From positions 1 to 64,000 of IMG/VR virus record IMGVR_UViG_3300048858_000027: a stretch of 64,000 nt of DNA; one strand, 5' to 3'. Positions 28,313 through 37,033 of this stretch are shown here, piece by piece. Under the pieces are notes generated by a model that saw only the letters and a program-made list of their open reading frames with translations, was not told the origin of the DNA and searched no databases. This stretch comes from a virus. Lineage: Duplodnaviria > Caudoviricetes. Positions within the stretch are counted from its first letter, which is position 1. Each line of letters opens with the position of its first letter. The position numbers and the translations under genes are program-made.

Positions 28313-29226
28313 TGGCACAGGCCAACATCGGTAATATCGACCCGAACGAAACTTCGGGTGTCGATCTCGCGCAGCTTCTTACCCAGGTTGGAGCTGCGCT
28401 TGAGACCAACAATCTCGGCGCTGGTCGTCCGTCCTACGCGAAGCGGGGCACCATCTGGATTCACGACCCCGGTAACGGCACCCTGGGTGTGGCGCTCTTT
28501 ACCGGCGTGGCAGATGTGCTGATCGGCGTGATCAACATTGCCGCGAACACCTTCACCCCGCAGGGTGTGGGCGTCACGCTGGACAGCCTCGGAGGCGTAC
28601 CCTACTGGCGTAATATCGGAACGGGCGCCTCCATCACTGGAGGTGGAAATCTCGAAGCGAACCGCTGGATTACGCTGGTCGGGGATCACGACGCCCCAGG
28701 TGGCAACAAGTATTACGGCACCAACCCGGCGGGGCAGAAGGGCTTCTTCGACCTCCCTTCGCAGCGCGGCCTTTCCCGCGTCGAGCGCATCACCTGGAAC
28801 TGGCCCACGGGTGGTTTCTTCACTTGGTCGGTTCCCGCCAACGTCAACCGCATCAATTTCACAGTCGTCGCTGGCGGCGGTGTCACCCAGATCGGATCCA
28901 ACCCGGACGGCGACGGTCAGTCCACCCCCTACAACTACCCCGGCGGGCGTGGTGGGCAGCTCAGTGGTGTGATGATCGTCTCCCCCGGCCAGGTTCTGAC
29001 CATGCGGGTCGGCGGCGTTGCGGAAGCTTCTGAGATCCAGGGCTTTGTCTTCTGCGATGCTGGCGGCATCGGCGCCATCGGCGGCGGTGCCACAGGAGGC
29101 ATGTCTCTCGCCCCTGAGAATGTGGGAGGGGTCATGGGCGGCCCCCTTCTGCTGAACAGCAACCTGGCCTTTGCAGGCTGGCCCGACACGCACGGCGCCA
29201 TCCAGTTCGATTTCGTGGCGTCCTAA
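28312..29226 (+). CDS. Tail fibre/receptor-binding protein
   Basis: Follows gpJ-like gene; Gly-rich; FTWSVPANV...VVAGGG C-terminal fibre motif. Confidence 0.65.
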   Translation: MAQANIGNIDPNETSGVDLAQLLTQVGAALETNNLGAGRPSYAKRGTIWIHDPGNGTLGVALFTGVADVLIGVINIAANTFTPQGVGVTLDSLGGVPYWRNIGTGASITGGGNLEANRWITLVGDHDAPGGNKYYGTNPAGQKGFFDLPSQRGLSRVERITWNWPTGGFFTWSVPANVNRINFTVVAGGGVTQIGSNPDGDGQSTPYNYPGGRGGQLSGVMIVSPGQVLTMRVGGVAEASEIQGFVFCDAGGIGAIGGGATGGMSLAPENVGGVMGGPLLLNSNLAFAGWPDTHGAIQFDFVAS

Positions 29227-29240
29227 AGGATCCATCCTTC

Positions 29241-30497
29241 ATGCTCACCAAGCGGCAACCTCCCGCTCAACCTGATGTTTTGCTGAAGGCCCGCGCTCTC
29301 TCCGAGCAGGGTCTGAGTAGCACCGAGATCAGTGACCGTCTCGGCTACTCCCCGCGGGCGATCCGCAACTGGCTCTCGCAAGAGCGTCAGGCAGCACCGG
29401 AGGACGCGAGCAACCACATCCGGCTGCTGGAGGTGGAGAACAAGCTCCGCCTGACACAGCGCCGGCTCCTGGAGATGGAACGCGCGAACCTCTCGGCCGA
29501 GCTGGTCCGCCGCGAGATCCTGCAGCTCGCGGAACATTCGCCTGCACCCTCCGAGTGGTCAGTGCGCCGCAGCCAGGTGGGCGACAACACCACCCCGATC
29601 GCCATCCTGTCCGACCTTCACTACGGCGAGGTGACGGACCCTGCATCCCTCAACTACATCAACGAATACAACACGAAGATCGCCAAGCAGCGCGTCAAGA
29701 TGTGGGTGGAGAAGGTTCTCTCCAACTGCTTCGACGCCCGCACCAACCCCGACTTCCCTGGCCTGATCCTCTGCCTGGGTGGCGACCTGATCTCCGGCGA
29801 CATCCACGAGGAGCTGGAGATCTCGAACGAGATCACGGTCCCCGTCGCGCTGCTGGAGCTGCTCGACCTGCTGGTCCCCGCCATCCGTGCGCTGAAGAAG
29901 GAGTTCGGCCGCATCCTGATCCCGGCGACCTTCGGCAACCACGGGCGCAACACGCGCCAGGTTCGGTTCAAGCGCCGGGCCTTCGGTAACTTCGACTGGT
30001 TGCTGAGTGGCTTGCTGGAGCGGGCGCTGAAGGATGATGAGGGAATCGAGTTCCTGACGCCCAGCTCCACCGATACCTACTTCACCATTCAGGGGCGCCG
30101 GATGCTGCTGACCCACGGTGACACGCTGGGCGCCAAAGGCGGCGACGGGTTCATTGGCCCGCTGGGTCCGAGCAAGCGTGGTGAGGGCAAGGCCCGTCGC
30201 GTGTCGGAGTCAATCGGGCTGCCCTTCGAGCACCTGATCCATGGGCACTGGCACACCCAGTTCGTGCTGCCGCGCGTTCTCGCGAACGGGTGCGTCTGCG
30301 GCTACAACGAATATGCCAAGGATTGCCTGCGGGCTGAGCCAGAGCCGCCGCAGCAGATCCTGGCTTTCATCCATCCTGACCACGGTGTGGTGGAATACCG
30401 CCCGATCCTGCTGAGCACGCCGAAATCGGGGAAGGTCGATGATCGCGCCTTCGACCGCATGAAGGCGCAGTTCGGGGCGAAGAGGGGGCGGGCATGA
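29241..30497 (+). CDS. HTH plus calcineurin-like metallophosphoesterase
   Basis: N-terminal HTH (EISDRLGYSPRAIRNWL); SDLH, GGDLISG, GNHG, THGD, HGHWH motifs. Confidence 0.8.
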   Translation: MLTKRQPPAQPDVLLKARALSEQGLSSTEISDRLGYSPRAIRNWLSQERQAAPEDASNHIRLLEVENKLRLTQRRLLEMERANLSAELVRREILQLAEHSPAPSEWSVRRSQVGDNTTPIAILSDLHYGEVTDPASLNYINEYNTKIAKQRVKMWVEKVLSNCFDARTNPDFPGLILCLGGDLISGDIHEELEISNEITVPVALLELLDLLVPAIRALKKEFGRILIPATFGNHGRNTRQVRFKRRAFGNFDWLLSGLLERALKDDEGIEFLTPSSTDTYFTIQGRRMLLTHGDTLGAKGGDGFIGPLGPSKRGEGKARRVSESIGLPFEHLIHGHWHTQFVLPRVLANGCVCGYNEYAKDCLRAEPEPPQQILAFIHPDHGVVEYRPILLSTPKSGKVDDRAFDRMKAQFGAKRGRA

Positions 30498-30829
30498 CAC
30501 TGGACGCTCCGACCCTTCTCCTGCTCCTGCTGGCAGGACATGCCCTGGCGGACTATCCGCTCCAGGGCGACTTCCTGGCGCAAGCCAAGAGCCGTCACAC
30601 GAAGCTGGGCGCCCTCTACTGGCCCCACGCTCTCACGGCCCACTCGTTGATCCACGGCGGCGTGGTGACGCTGCTGACAGGTTCTGCGCTGCTGGGGTTG
30701 GCCGAGACGGTGATCCACGGGATCACCGACTGGCTGAAGTGCGAGGGGAAGATCGACCTCAACACTGATCAGGCAATCCACGCCGCCTGCAAGGTAGCGT
30801 GGTGTGTGCTGGTTATGTGGGGTGCCTAG
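30494..30829 (+). CDS. DUF3307-like membrane protein
   Basis: GHALADYPLQ, LTAHSLIH, HGITDWLK, DQAIH motifs. Confidence 0.75.
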   Translation: MTLDAPTLLLLLLAGHALADYPLQGDFLAQAKSRHTKLGALYWPHALTAHSLIHGGVVTLLTGSALLGLAETVIHGITDWLKCEGKIDLNTDQAIHAACKVAWCVLVMWGA

Positions 30830-31131
30830 CGAACGTGCTCGATAGCACGGTTCGGGTCGGCCGTGCGCCAATCCGGCCAGTTCCGCCGCTCGTTCTTGAG
30901 CTGCTTCGCCTGAAGGGCGTCCACGATCTGCTCCGGGGTGGCGCCTGACCTCCAGGCACCATCCAGCGCCAGGAGCACCACGTCGATCCACTCGCTGAGA
31001 TCCTCGGGCGCGGCCTCGATCTCCTTCAGCTCCTTGCGGATGTGATCAACGACACCTTCCGTGCGGCGACCGGGGCCGAAGGTGGCCAGGCTGAAGGCGC
31101 GCTGGCGGTGGAGGTGGAGGGCGAGGTTCAT
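30826..31131 (-). CDS. DUF550-like dATP/dGTP pyrophosphohydrolase
   Basis: TFGPG...GVVDHIRKELKEIE...EWIDVVLLALDGAWR...KNERRNWPDWR; start reassigned to ATG 31131. Confidence 0.75.
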   Translation of the reverse strand: MNLALHLHRQRAFSLATFGPGRRTEGVVDHIRKELKEIEAAPEDLSEWIDVVLLALDGAWRSGATPEQIVDALQAKQLKNERRNWPDWRTADPNRAIEHVR

Positions 31132-31331
31132 GTCATATCCTGATAGGGTGAGCGCCGCAGGTCGGCCAGGGCGCGGGTTAGGTCCATGCTGGCCCGCTTC
31201 ACGGCGCCCATCTGGCGCGGGTGGAAGCCATCCCACTTCTTCTCGATGTCCCGCAGCTCCTTGATCCGCTGGAGGAAGCGTTTCGCTTCCTCCTCCGCGG
31301 TCTTCAGACGGGCTTCCTGGATGTCGATCAT
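31128..31331 (-). CDS. Hypothetical protein
   Basis: 67 aa, translationally coupled to its neighbours. Confidence 0.55.
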   Translation of the reverse strand: MIDIQEARLKTAEEEAKRFLQRIKELRDIEKKWDGFHPRQMGAVKRASMDLTRALADLRRSPYQDMT

Positions 31332-31567
31332 GCCCGCCCCGCCACACCGGCTGGCAGGTCCACGACCAGGGCGACGGGCGGCTGGTGCCCCATCACCCAC
31401 AGCTCCACGTCACCACCTGTCATCAGGATGCCCAGCTCCTCGGGCGTCGGCCGCCAGCGGGAAACGCTGTAGCCTCCAGCCACCCGCACCAGCAGGTCGC
31501 CTACCTCGGGGTGTCCCTCGGGGGCTTTCATGAGGTGGGTGGCGCCCTCGATCTCGACGGGATTCAT
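31328..31567 (-). CDS. Hypothetical phage protein
   Basis: 79 aa, coupled; SRWRPTPEEL...GGDVELWVMG pattern familiar from phage proteins. Confidence 0.6.
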   Translation of the reverse strand: MNPVEIEGATHLMKAPEGHPEVGDLLVRVAGGYSVSRWRPTPEELGILMTGGDVELWVMGHQPPVALVVDLPAGVAGRA

Positions 31568-32151
31568 TCGCCCGTCCTCCAGGCGTGACCCTGCACAGCG
31601 GTCAGCGCTGCGTAGACGAACTCCTGTGGCGAGGAGTAATCGTTGATCAGCCGGAGGGTGAACATCCGATCGTCCAGCGCGCCTTCGGAAGCGTGCCCGC
31701 CCTTGAAGTCCACACCGGGGCGGGTGAGCATCACCGTGGTGGCGTCTTCGTCCTCCGCGAACTCGAACTCATTCGGGAAGCGCATGTCGTCGTTGACGAC
31801 TGGCTGGCCCGCCTGGCGGAGAGCTGCCGTCTTCATGGCGGTGATGTTCACCCAGAAGCGGTCGCCCATCATGATGCGCCCCCACTCGGTGCCCAGGGTC
31901 TGCATCCCATAGCGGCAGGTGTGCCCACCCAGGTACGGGCAAGGCTCCTCCTTCAGATCCCCTTCGACGTAGCGCTCGATCAGCTCCTCGGGGCATCCAG
32001 CCTCGCGCAGCAGCGCCCGCATCATGGCCTTCAGCGGCCCGGCGAACTTGACCAGAACCCACCCCTGGTTGATCAGGGCCTGGGCCAGTGTGGACTTCCC
32101 CGAGCCCGGCGCGGGGGAGTAGATCGCGACGAAGGGTGCGAGGTTCTTCAC
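31564..32151 (-). CDS. Deoxynucleoside monophosphate kinase
   Basis: PGSGKST P-loop, KFAGPLK, RYGMQTLGTEWGR, DDMRFPNE. Confidence 0.9.
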   Translation of the reverse strand: MKNLAPFVAIYSPAPGSGKSTLAQALINQGWVLVKFAGPLKAMMRALLREAGCPEELIERYVEGDLKEEPCPYLGGHTCRYGMQTLGTEWGRIMMGDRFWVNITAMKTAALRQAGQPVVNDDMRFPNEFEFAEDEDATTVMLTRPGVDFKGGHASEGALDDRMFTLRLINDYSSPQEFVYAALTAVQGHAWRTGE

Positions 32152-32363
32152 AGCACGCCCTCCAGGGAGCCGAACAGGTGCTGGACGGCCAGCTCGATCT
32201 TGCGGAGGCGGGCGATTTCCAGCCGGAGAGGTTCGACATCCTCCTCGCTGTAGCGGAGCACCTTCAGCTCATCGCGGGGACCAAGCAGCTTCTGCTCGAT
32301 CCGCGCCCGATCGGCGGGCGTCAGGTATCCGAACTCGATGGATCCAACGGTCATCGTCATCAT
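32148..32363 (-). CDS. Hypothetical protein
   Basis: 71 aa, coupled to the dNMP kinase. Confidence 0.5.
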   Translation of the reverse strand: MMTMTVGSIEFGYLTPADRARIEQKLLGPRDELKVLRYSEEDVEPLRLEIARLRKIELAVQHLFGSLEGVL

Positions 32364-32388
32364 GGGGCCTTTTCGGGCTCAGGATCAT

Positions 32389-32428
32389 GATCCGGCACCG
32401 CCGGATTGATTGGTTGAATGATTGAAAT
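32389..32428 (-). repeat. TCAAYCAH tandem repeats plus hairpin
   Basis: Minus strand TTTCAATCATTCAACCAATCAATCCGGCGGTGCCGGATC. Confidence 0.55.
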
Positions 32429-32493
32429 CCCGGCTTCGGTGAGGAACCCGAGGTCCCCCGCAGCAGCCAGGCACTCCAGGGCTTGCTCGATAT

Positions 32494-33078
32494 TCACCCG
32501 AGCAGGCTCTTGATCACGGCCGAAGCGCCCTTCCACTCACTGATCCGGGCATCGCAGTAATCGACGCCCCGGTTCCAGGGCTGGTCGAACACGATCGTCC
32601 TGATATCCAGCGCAGCGGCGGCTTTCAGGTGGCCCGGATGGTCCTCGACGACGACCGACCCTGGGGCGTAATTCGAGAAGGCGATGCCTTTGTGGGCATG
32701 GGGCTCGACCGGGATCAGGGTGTTGATCGGCAGGCCGCGGAGCTGCCAGCGGCGGGAGTCCACCACCTTTTCCTCGACGCCGCAGGCGGACACCACCGCA
32801 ATCTCCAGGCTGGGAAGTTCCTCGCGGAGATGGCGCAGGGTGATCTCGACCCAGGGGAGTGGCGTCAGACGCCGGTATTCATAGGAGCGGTGGAACTCCT
32901 CGACGCAGGCGTTCGCCTCCTCGCGGGAGATCTGCGGATAGATCGTGGTGAGGGAATAGTCGTCGCGAGCGCGCCAGTCGGGCGCCAGCTTCTTGTTGTG
33001 CTCCATCCAGCGCTTGAACGGGCCGATCCAGTCGATCAGGACGCCATCGACATCCAGGATAAGGGCGGGGGGCCTCAC
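32494..33078 (-). CDS. HAD-family 5'(3')-deoxyribonucleotidase-like protein
   Basis: LDVDGVL motif I, VEDH motif IV, FDQPWN. Confidence 0.8.
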   Translation of the reverse strand: MRPPALILDVDGVLIDWIGPFKRWMEHNKKLAPDWRARDDYSLTTIYPQISREEANACVEEFHRSYEYRRLTPLPWVEITLRHLREELPSLEIAVVSACGVEEKVVDSRRWQLRGLPINTLIPVEPHAHKGIAFSNYAPGSVVVEDHPGHLKAAAALDIRTIVFDQPWNRGVDYCDARISEWKGASAVIKSLLG

Positions 33079-33512
33079 GAATGATTCCCCGTGCTGCCGA
33101 TACCGGCGGTGCCACGGCGAGATTCAGGCAAAGAGTCCACCCATTCGGGCTCCATGATCTCGCACTTGGTGACGATGAACTGTGCGATCCGCATCCCTTC
33201 CTCCACCTCGAAGATCGTCTCTCCGTGGTTGATGACGCAGACCAGCAGCTCGCCCCGGTAATCGGAGTCGATGACGCCCGCCAGGATGTTGAGGCCCTTC
33301 TTGACGGCCAGGCCAGACCGCGGGGCGATGCGCCCATAGAACCCGAACGGGATCGCCACGGCGATTCCGGTGCGGATCACAGTCCGCTCGCCGGGGAGAA
33401 TGATTGCAGGCTTGATCGCGCAAAGGTCGAGCCCTGCAGCTTCGTCGCTGCCCCGTGTGGGTAGCGTTGCCTTCGGGTGCATCTGCATGAAATGCAGAGG
33501 AGGAAGTGTCAT
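33075..33512 (-). CDS. dut: Trimeric dUTPase
   Basis: AAGLDL, IAPRSGLA, GVIDSDYRGE, RIAQ, RGTAGIGSTG; start reassigned to ATG 33512. Confidence 0.95.
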   Translation of the reverse strand: MTLPPLHFMQMHPKATLPTRGSDEAAGLDLCAIKPAIILPGERTVIRTGIAVAIPFGFYGRIAPRSGLAVKKGLNILAGVIDSDYRGELLVCVINHGETIFEVEEGMRIAQFIVTKCEIMEPEWVDSLPESRRGTAGIGSTGNHS

Positions 33513-33561
33513 GATGAATCCAGCAGGATTTGAGAGAAAGAAGGTGGAAGGAGACGAGCCC

Positions 33562-33870
33562 TTATTCGGGTTCGATGCCGTTGCCCCAGCGGCTGAAGTA
33601 GGCGCGGCGTGGCGCTGTCTTCTTGCGGGGGAACTCGTAGAGCACGAAATGGTCCCCGTGCCGGCCCTGGCACATCTCGCTCTGACCAGCCTCATAGCGA
33701 CTGCGAGCATCGCGAATGCGCGCCCAGTCTTCGAGGGGCCACTCTTCCCAGACGTGTCGGGCCGACACGATGCGACGAGCGTGCCGAATCTCCAGGGCAA
33801 CCCCGGCTTCGGCGTGGCTAAAACCGTGCTTCAGACGGTATTTGGTGAAATCAAAGCGATCGAGGTTCAT
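33562..33870 (-). CDS. Hypothetical protein
   Basis: 102 aa filling the gap between dut and the SbcC-like gene. Confidence 0.5.
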   Translation of the reverse strand: MNLDRFDFTKYRLKHGFSHAEAGVALEIRHARRIVSARHVWEEWPLEDWARIRDARSRYEAGQSEMCQGRHGDHFVLYEFPRKKTAPRRAYFSRWGNGIEPE

Positions 33871-33925
33871 GCAAAGGATTTACATTCCCCGATCGCTTCT
33901 CATCTACGGCGTAGTAGGTTCTTGA

Positions 33926-35932
33926 TTATTCAAGATGGATGTAGTTGTCAGCCTCGTGCCGCTTATGGCTCACGAGGATGATCTGGCTGATGCCAGGGAT
34001 CAGAGACCGCAGTGCCTCGCTGGTGAAACCCGCACGGTCAGCGTCCATGGCGGCGTCGATCTCGTCCGCCATGAAGACAGAGAACACCTGGTTGGTGAGC
34101 ACCTGTCCCAGCCCGATCCGCAGGGCGAGGTTCGCAGCCGCCTTCGCGCTGCCGGAGAGCGTATCGACACCCTGGCCGTCCACCAGGATGTCGAAGTCCT
34201 CGTCCACCTCGATCTGCGTGCGGGCGCCGCCCGTCATGCGGGACAGCAGGATGCTAGCCGCACGGGACAAGCTGGGAACCAGGTGCCCCTTCACCCGCGC
34301 CTTCACCTCAACCAGCGCCTCCTTGACGAGCTTGTACTGCTCGGCCTGGAGCTTAACCTCCGCCAGCTTGGTCTCCAGCTCCGCCCGCTTCGCACTGGCC
34401 TTCTCATAGGCAGCCAGCGCAGCGTGGTAGGTGCGGATCTCGACGATGAGGGTCGTCAGCTCCTCGATCTTGGCTGCAGGGTCGCCCAGCAACACCAGCT
34501 CATCACGGAGAGCGGGCGCCTTCTGGTGCCATTCCTTGTGCTGCTGGTCGAGCTTCTCCCACCGTGCGAGCTGGATCTCGTACTCGCGGCGCATGGTGAG
34601 AGCGGAATCAACCGCAGGAATGGCCCGCAGCTTCAGGTCCAACTCCCTGACCTGGGCACGGATCGGAGCATTCGCCTCCTCGGCCGCGAGCCTGTCCAGC
34701 AGCATGTCCGCCTGAGTGGCGTTCATGTCGAGACGCTTGCCTGAGAGGTTGGCCTCCGCGACCAGGAGAGCGCACCGCTCGTATTCAGCGACCTGCATGT
34801 CCCATGCGGACAGGGCGCGACGAGCGGCCTGGATCTGCGCACGGGTCATCTTGGGCTCGGGGACGGGCTTCCCCTCCCAGTCGCCCAGCTCCGCCATGGC
34901 ACCCGCCTCGACGGGCCAGGAATGGGTGCAGGACGGGCAGGTGTGCGTCCCCTTGGCCCGCAGGTCCGACCAGCGCTTCCAGGCGTGGTGCTGGTCGCAG
35001 AGGGCTTCCTGCTGGTCCAGCAGTGCATGGTCGAAGCCTGGCTGGGTCTGCGACCGGATGTAAGCCTCCGCCTTCAGGACCGCCTTGTGATCGAGCAACT
35101 GCTCCCGCGTCAGGTTCAACCAGCCATCAGGGGTGTCGTTGTAGGTGGGGATGGGCTTGATCGACTTCTGCGCCCGGTCCAGGGCGATCCTCACCCCTTC
35201 GCGCTGGACCCGCAGGGCCTCTAGCTCGGAGAGGGCGCGGGGCTCATCGCACTGAGGAACCAGACCAGGGGCGAGCGGCTCATTGGCCAGGAACCGCTCG
35301 ATCTCCAGCTTGCGGACGGAGGCGGCGTTCAAGGTTCGCACCTCGGCCTGGAGGTCGTCGATCGACGCCATCCGGCTGGGCGGTGAGGGCTCGGAAACGA
35401 TTTCCGGCATGGCGCGCTCGATGGCGGTCGCCTCGCGGGAGGCGGTCAGTGCCTCCTCCCCCGCCCACTTCGCCAGGTCATCGAGCACCGAAAGACCAAT
35501 GGTGCTGTCCACCAGGCGCTTGCGGTCGCCGGCCCGCATGGAGGACAGCGCCTCGATCATGCCCTGATTGGCGCAGTTGGCCACGTCGAACACGTCCAGG
35601 CCGTAGCCAAACAGCTCAGCCATCTTCAGGTTGACGGGCTTGGTGCCCGTTGCGATCACCTCACCGCCTCGGGAGAGCTTCGCCGTGCTGGTCGTGCGGA
35701 CCACTTCGTAGTCCTGGCCCCGCGCGGTGAAGCTCAGCGTGATCTTCGCGCCCTTTAGGGCCTCGGCCTTGTCACGCAGCGCGGCGGTGCCGTGCAGGGC
35801 GAAGCGCATCATCTCCAGGGTCAGGCTCTTGCCCGCCTCGTTGCGGCCCGTGATGCAGGTCAGGCCGCGGTCGAAGGTGATCGTCCGGTCCCGGTGGACC
35901 AGAGCATTTTCCATCTTCAGAGTGTGGAACAT
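33926..35932 (-). CDS. SbcC/Rad50-like SMC ATPase
   Basis: GRNEAGKS Walker A, coiled coils, CPSC zinc hook, LSGS signature, ADEIDAAMD Walker B/D-loop. Confidence 0.92.
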   Translation of the reverse strand: MFHTLKMENALVHRDRTITFDRGLTCITGRNEAGKSLTLEMMRFALHGTAALRDKAEALKGAKITLSFTARGQDYEVVRTTSTAKLSRGGEVIATGTKPVNLKMAELFGYGLDVFDVANCANQGMIEALSSMRAGDRKRLVDSTIGLSVLDDLAKWAGEEALTASREATAIERAMPEIVSEPSPPSRMASIDDLQAEVRTLNAASVRKLEIERFLANEPLAPGLVPQCDEPRALSELEALRVQREGVRIALDRAQKSIKPIPTYNDTPDGWLNLTREQLLDHKAVLKAEAYIRSQTQPGFDHALLDQQEALCDQHHAWKRWSDLRAKGTHTCPSCTHSWPVEAGAMAELGDWEGKPVPEPKMTRAQIQAARRALSAWDMQVAEYERCALLVAEANLSGKRLDMNATQADMLLDRLAAEEANAPIRAQVRELDLKLRAIPAVDSALTMRREYEIQLARWEKLDQQHKEWHQKAPALRDELVLLGDPAAKIEELTTLIVEIRTYHAALAAYEKASAKRAELETKLAEVKLQAEQYKLVKEALVEVKARVKGHLVPSLSRAASILLSRMTGGARTQIEVDEDFDILVDGQGVDTLSGSAKAAANLALRIGLGQVLTNQVFSVFMADEIDAAMDADRAGFTSEALRSLIPGISQIILVSHKRHEADNYIHLE

Positions 35933-35968
35933 GTTGGATCAGATCCAGTGTCAGTTCGGGGTTGAGGG

Positions 35969-36232
35969 TCAGATCGCGGGGTGTGTGAGTATGAGGGTCC
36001 GTGTGAACTTGATGCCCATCTCTCGGGCCGGGCCATACCCTTCGATGAACTGGTTAGGGCAATCGTCCACCAGGCCCCGAGCGTAAAGCTGCGCCAAATG
36101 CTCGACGTGTTCCTGCAAGGTCTCGAAGGGATAGAACCCTTGGCGAAACTCTTCCATGAACTCGGACGTGAACTTGGTCTCGTCCACTGTCACCTTGATG
36201 GTCTGGATGACATCTATCTCGTGGATGCTCAT
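35969..36232 (-). CDS. Hypothetical protein
   Basis: ATG 36232, MSIHEIDVIQTIKV...; coupled to the upstream gene. Confidence 0.55.
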   Translation of the reverse strand: MSIHEIDVIQTIKVTVDETKFTSEFMEEFRQGFYPFETLQEHVEHLAQLYARGLVDDCPNQFIEGYGPAREMGIKFTRTLILTHPAI

Positions 36233-36402
36233 CAGCGCGCTTCCTCGTGGTAGGCGCGGACGGCGGATCCGACCACCTTGGCGAGACCCTCCGGCCCGGC
36301 CTGGACCACCTGGAAGAACGTCCAGCCAACGGCTCCGAAGACGCACAGCACCAGGGTAGCGATGAATGCAAACCACAGCTTGAAGAACAACGGCATCTTC
36401 AT
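36232..36402 (-). CDS. Small membrane protein
   Basis: MKMPLFFKLWFAFIATLVLCVFGAVGW single TM segment. Confidence 0.55.
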   Translation of the reverse strand: MKMPLFFKLWFAFIATLVLCVFGAVGWTFFQVVQAGPEGLAKVVGSAVRAYHEEAR

Positions 36403-36427
36403 GTGGTCGTGATTGCGACGGATCATC

Positions 36428-36688
36428 TCAGAACTCCAACTTCTCGATCTTCTCAATCGACTTCTTCAGGGAAGCGATCTTCCGCTTCCGCATCTCTTCG
36501 GCGCGGGTCACGGCACTCTCGCGGGTGCGGTGCCACTCCCGACCTTCGCCATGGAAGTGGGTCGTGTATCGAGCGCCAACCTTGCTCACCATGCTGGAAC
36601 AGGTTCTGGCGTGCCGCACCTGCATCTCCTCGATCCCGCTGGTCAGCGCATACTTCGTGATGAAAGCTGTGAAGATTTCGTCGCTCAC
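36428..36688 (-). CDS. Hypothetical phage protein
   Basis: GTGA overlap with the upstream stop; FITKYALTSGI...EWHRTRESA pattern. Confidence 0.6.
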   Translation of the reverse strand: MSDEIFTAFITKYALTSGIEEMQVRHARTCSSMVSKVGARYTTHFHGEGREWHRTRESAVTRAEEMRKRKIASLKKSIEKIEKLEF

Positions 36689-37032
36689 GCCACCAGGCTC
36701 CACTTCCGTTCCTTGATCAGTTTACGCGCGGCGTCCAGCTCGGTCTTCGGTATCGAGATGACGATCTGGGTATGGCTCTGTGCCTTGAGCCATCTGCGGA
36801 TCAGGGTGCGAATGGTGAAGCCGTTACCACCGCAGAGCAGCTCGCCTTCGACACCATCCCAGGAGCAGGTCCACCACTCAGGGATCTGGATAACAAGGTC
36901 GCCTGGTTCCGATGACGCGGCGAGATCATCAATGTCGCGACCATCGTTCAGCTTGCTCTCGTCGTCCCAAACGTAGCCTGCAGGCCAGTGGTTCTTCTCC
37001 CACTCGCGCCACTGGGCTAAGGTAATCTTCAT
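36685..37032 (-). CDS. Hypothetical protein
   Basis: ATG 37032 lies just past the SbcD-like stop; Trp-rich. Confidence 0.55.
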   Translation of the reverse strand: MKITLAQWREWEKNHWPAGYVWDDESKLNDGRDIDDLAASSEPGDLVIQIPEWWTCSWDGVEGELLCGGNGFTIRTLIRRWLKAQSHTQIVISIPKTELDAARKLIKERKWSLVA

Positions 37033-37033
37033 C

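Noticed and set aside
28312-29226. Diversity-generating retroelement target
   Set aside because: No reverse transcriptase and no template/variable repeat pair seen.
30826-31131. 2-aminoadenine (Z) genome system suggested by DUF550
   Set aside because: No PurZ-like adenylosuccinate synthetase or HD-domain dATPase is seen in the window, and DUF550 alone is widespread.
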